A stretch of DNA of 64,000 nucleotides, from positions 19,294,321 through 19,358,320 of the forward strand of contig NC_069001.1 of NCBI RefSeq assembly GCF_001194135.2, read 5' to 3'. Shown one piece after another: positions 62,556 through 64,000 of this stretch. The notes beneath the pieces were generated by a model, which saw only the letters and a program-made list of their open reading frames with translations, was not told the origin of the DNA and searched no databases. The stretch is from Octopus bimaculoides (Eukaryota). The position numbers and the translations under genes were made by a program. Positions within the stretch are counted from its first letter, which is position 1. Every line of letters starts with the position of its first letter.

Positions 62556-62602
<47 letters not shown>
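62556..62602. repeat. (TG)n microsatellite
   Basis: Read directly from the sequence. Many other (TA)n/(CA)n tracts occur, especially at gap edges. Confidence 0.95.
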
Positions 62603-62603
<1 letters not shown>

Positions 62604-62814
62604 TCAGAAAAAGCATCAAAGAGAAAATAATTCAATGGGGCCAATGACATAAATTTAGATAAAGTCAAAGGTGAGATGATGTGTTAAATGCCATACATGA
62701 TATATTCTGAATTTATTAAAATTTCTTTCACCAACAGAGAAGGAAAATATAAAACAGACAGTAATAGTTAGCAAATGAGAAGACATATCTGCAAGTCAAA
62801 AAAAAAATGGATCA

Positions 62815-62975
62815 AAGGTCCTTCCTGAGCCATAGGTTCATAAGGCCAGTTTCTCAGATATATATTCCCCTACTGTGGACAGAATGCCAGTCTGTTGCAG
62901 GATTACTCATTTTTGTCAGCTTAGTGGACTAAAGCAACATGAAATGAAATATTTTGCTCAAGAACACAATGCATT
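62815..62975 (-). mobile_element. SINE fragment, related to 62060-62212, in opposite orientation
   Basis: Plus-strand CAGCTTAGTGGACTAAAGCAACATGAAATGAAATATTTTGCTCAAGAACACAATGCA is the reverse complement of the body of the 62060 family. Confidence 0.5.
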
Positions 62976-63208
62976 AAGAATAATTTCTCCATTAATACAT
63001 TTAGAAGAAATAAGAAGAATCTGGATTCTGTTTCAGAGGCAAGGAACAACAATGGATATGTTTCAGCCCTGCTTTGGTTTCATATGCACGACATTACCTT
63101 TCTTGCCTTTGAACAAGTATATACAATTAAGTATGTACAAAAGTATCCTGGCCAAACAAAATGTTTAATCAATAAGCTTAACATGTAAAAATAATATTTA
63201 CTTCAATG

Positions 63209-63410
63209 AAGGTGGCATGCTGGCAGAATTGTTGGCACACCAGGCAAAAAGCTTAGTGCCATTTCATCCATCTTTACATTCTGATTTCAAATTCTGCCAA
63301 GGTTGACTTAACCTTTCATCCTTTTGGGGTTGATAAAATAAGTAACAGTTGAGGACTGGGGTCAATGTAATCACCTTAACTTGCTGGCCTTGTTCTAAAA
63401 TTTGAAACAA
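63209..63410 (+). mobile_element. tRNA-derived SINE (same family as 8670-8890)
   Basis: AAGGTGGCATGCTGGCAGAATT..ATTTCAAATTCTGCC..CCTTTCATCCTTTTGGGGTTGATAAAATAAGTA..AAATTTGAAAC. Confidence 0.75.
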
Positions 63411-63569
63411 TGTTTATCCTAACATGCAGAAATGATCAATTATCAATGCTAATATATGAAATATTTGGCTGACTATAGTTTCTTACAGTTGTGCCATGTA
63501 CAGAATTAGGTGACACAACAACCGGTGAAGTGATATAAACATTGAAGTGACTGTGGTGTGTGCGTATGA

Positions 63570-64000
63570 GTAGATGTAATCGCCTTACCTCGGTTTTCCT
63601 TTCGTCGACTGCGAGTCTGTCTTGCGGTATCCAATCCTTGAAGCTTGCCCCAACCCAAAGAACACCAGGAATAGCAGCTGCTTCTCCCAAACCTAGACTG
63701 TCACTAGACATGTCTTGTCCTCCCCAGACACTGACGTCATACCACACGCCACCCTGATCTTAAAGATCACGTTCACCCCTACTCCAATTCGAAGTCTGCC
63801 ATCCAACCGGGCGGGCACCTTACACGTCGAGATCTCTGTGCGGCACAGACTCTTCCACTTGTCCGAATCGGGGAGACATGTTGTACCAGTAGACTGCTTC
63901 CAGGGGCGAAATGTGCCCCCTTTCAGCCATGGCCTTGATCGTCCGATGGTGCCTCTCAACGATTCCGTTGCCACTCGGCCTATACGCCGCTCTAAATAAT
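63570..64000 (-). mobile_element. Gypsy LTR-retrotransposon integrase C-terminal remnant (runs off the window)
   Basis: LFRAAYRPSGNGIVERHHRTIKAMAERGHISPLEAVYWYNMSP: integrase catalytic E region (P.GNG.VER.HRTIK), followed by frameshifts. Confidence 0.75.

Noticed and set aside
63577-63592. Strong minus-strand splice donor (GAG|GTAAGG) considered as an upstream HINT exon
   Set aside because: The upstream sequence translates as Gypsy integrase, not as a HINT N-terminus (no TIF..I....IP...YED motif).

Overview
AT-rich, repeat-dense eukaryotic (animal) scaffold with several N gaps. The SINE/RTE/mariner repertoire looks like an octopus (coleoid cephalopod) genome; this is an inference from recalled repeat families, not a database result. 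The only intact host coding sequence I can support is three small minus-strand exons of a histidine-triad hydrolase, none of which appears in the ORF track: 38234-38338, 19408-19480 and 10831-10922. They splice in frame with GT-AG boundaries to [89 protein letters not shown], which is HINT2-like. The upstream exons were not found and lie outside the window or in a gap. Almost everything else is nested, decayed mobile DNA: Gypsy LTR elements, RTE, RTE-X-like, R4-like, Tx1/L1 and CR1 LINEs, two Penelope-like elements, mariner/Tc1, hAT, a Merlin-like element, Helitrons and tRNA-derived SINEs. The most interesting observations are: (1) a 352-bp retrozyme-like unit with a type I hammerhead ribozyme at the tip of a ~140-nt G.U-containing rod, on the sense strand of a HINT intron; (2) a second, degenerate hammerhead at the 5' side of a Penelope element sharing the same C.A core variant; (3) an old inverted duplication that brackets a Penelope remnant and gives empty-site controls for three later insertions; (4) 5'-inverted (twin-priming-like) RTE LINEs; and (5) young, locally templated duplications.
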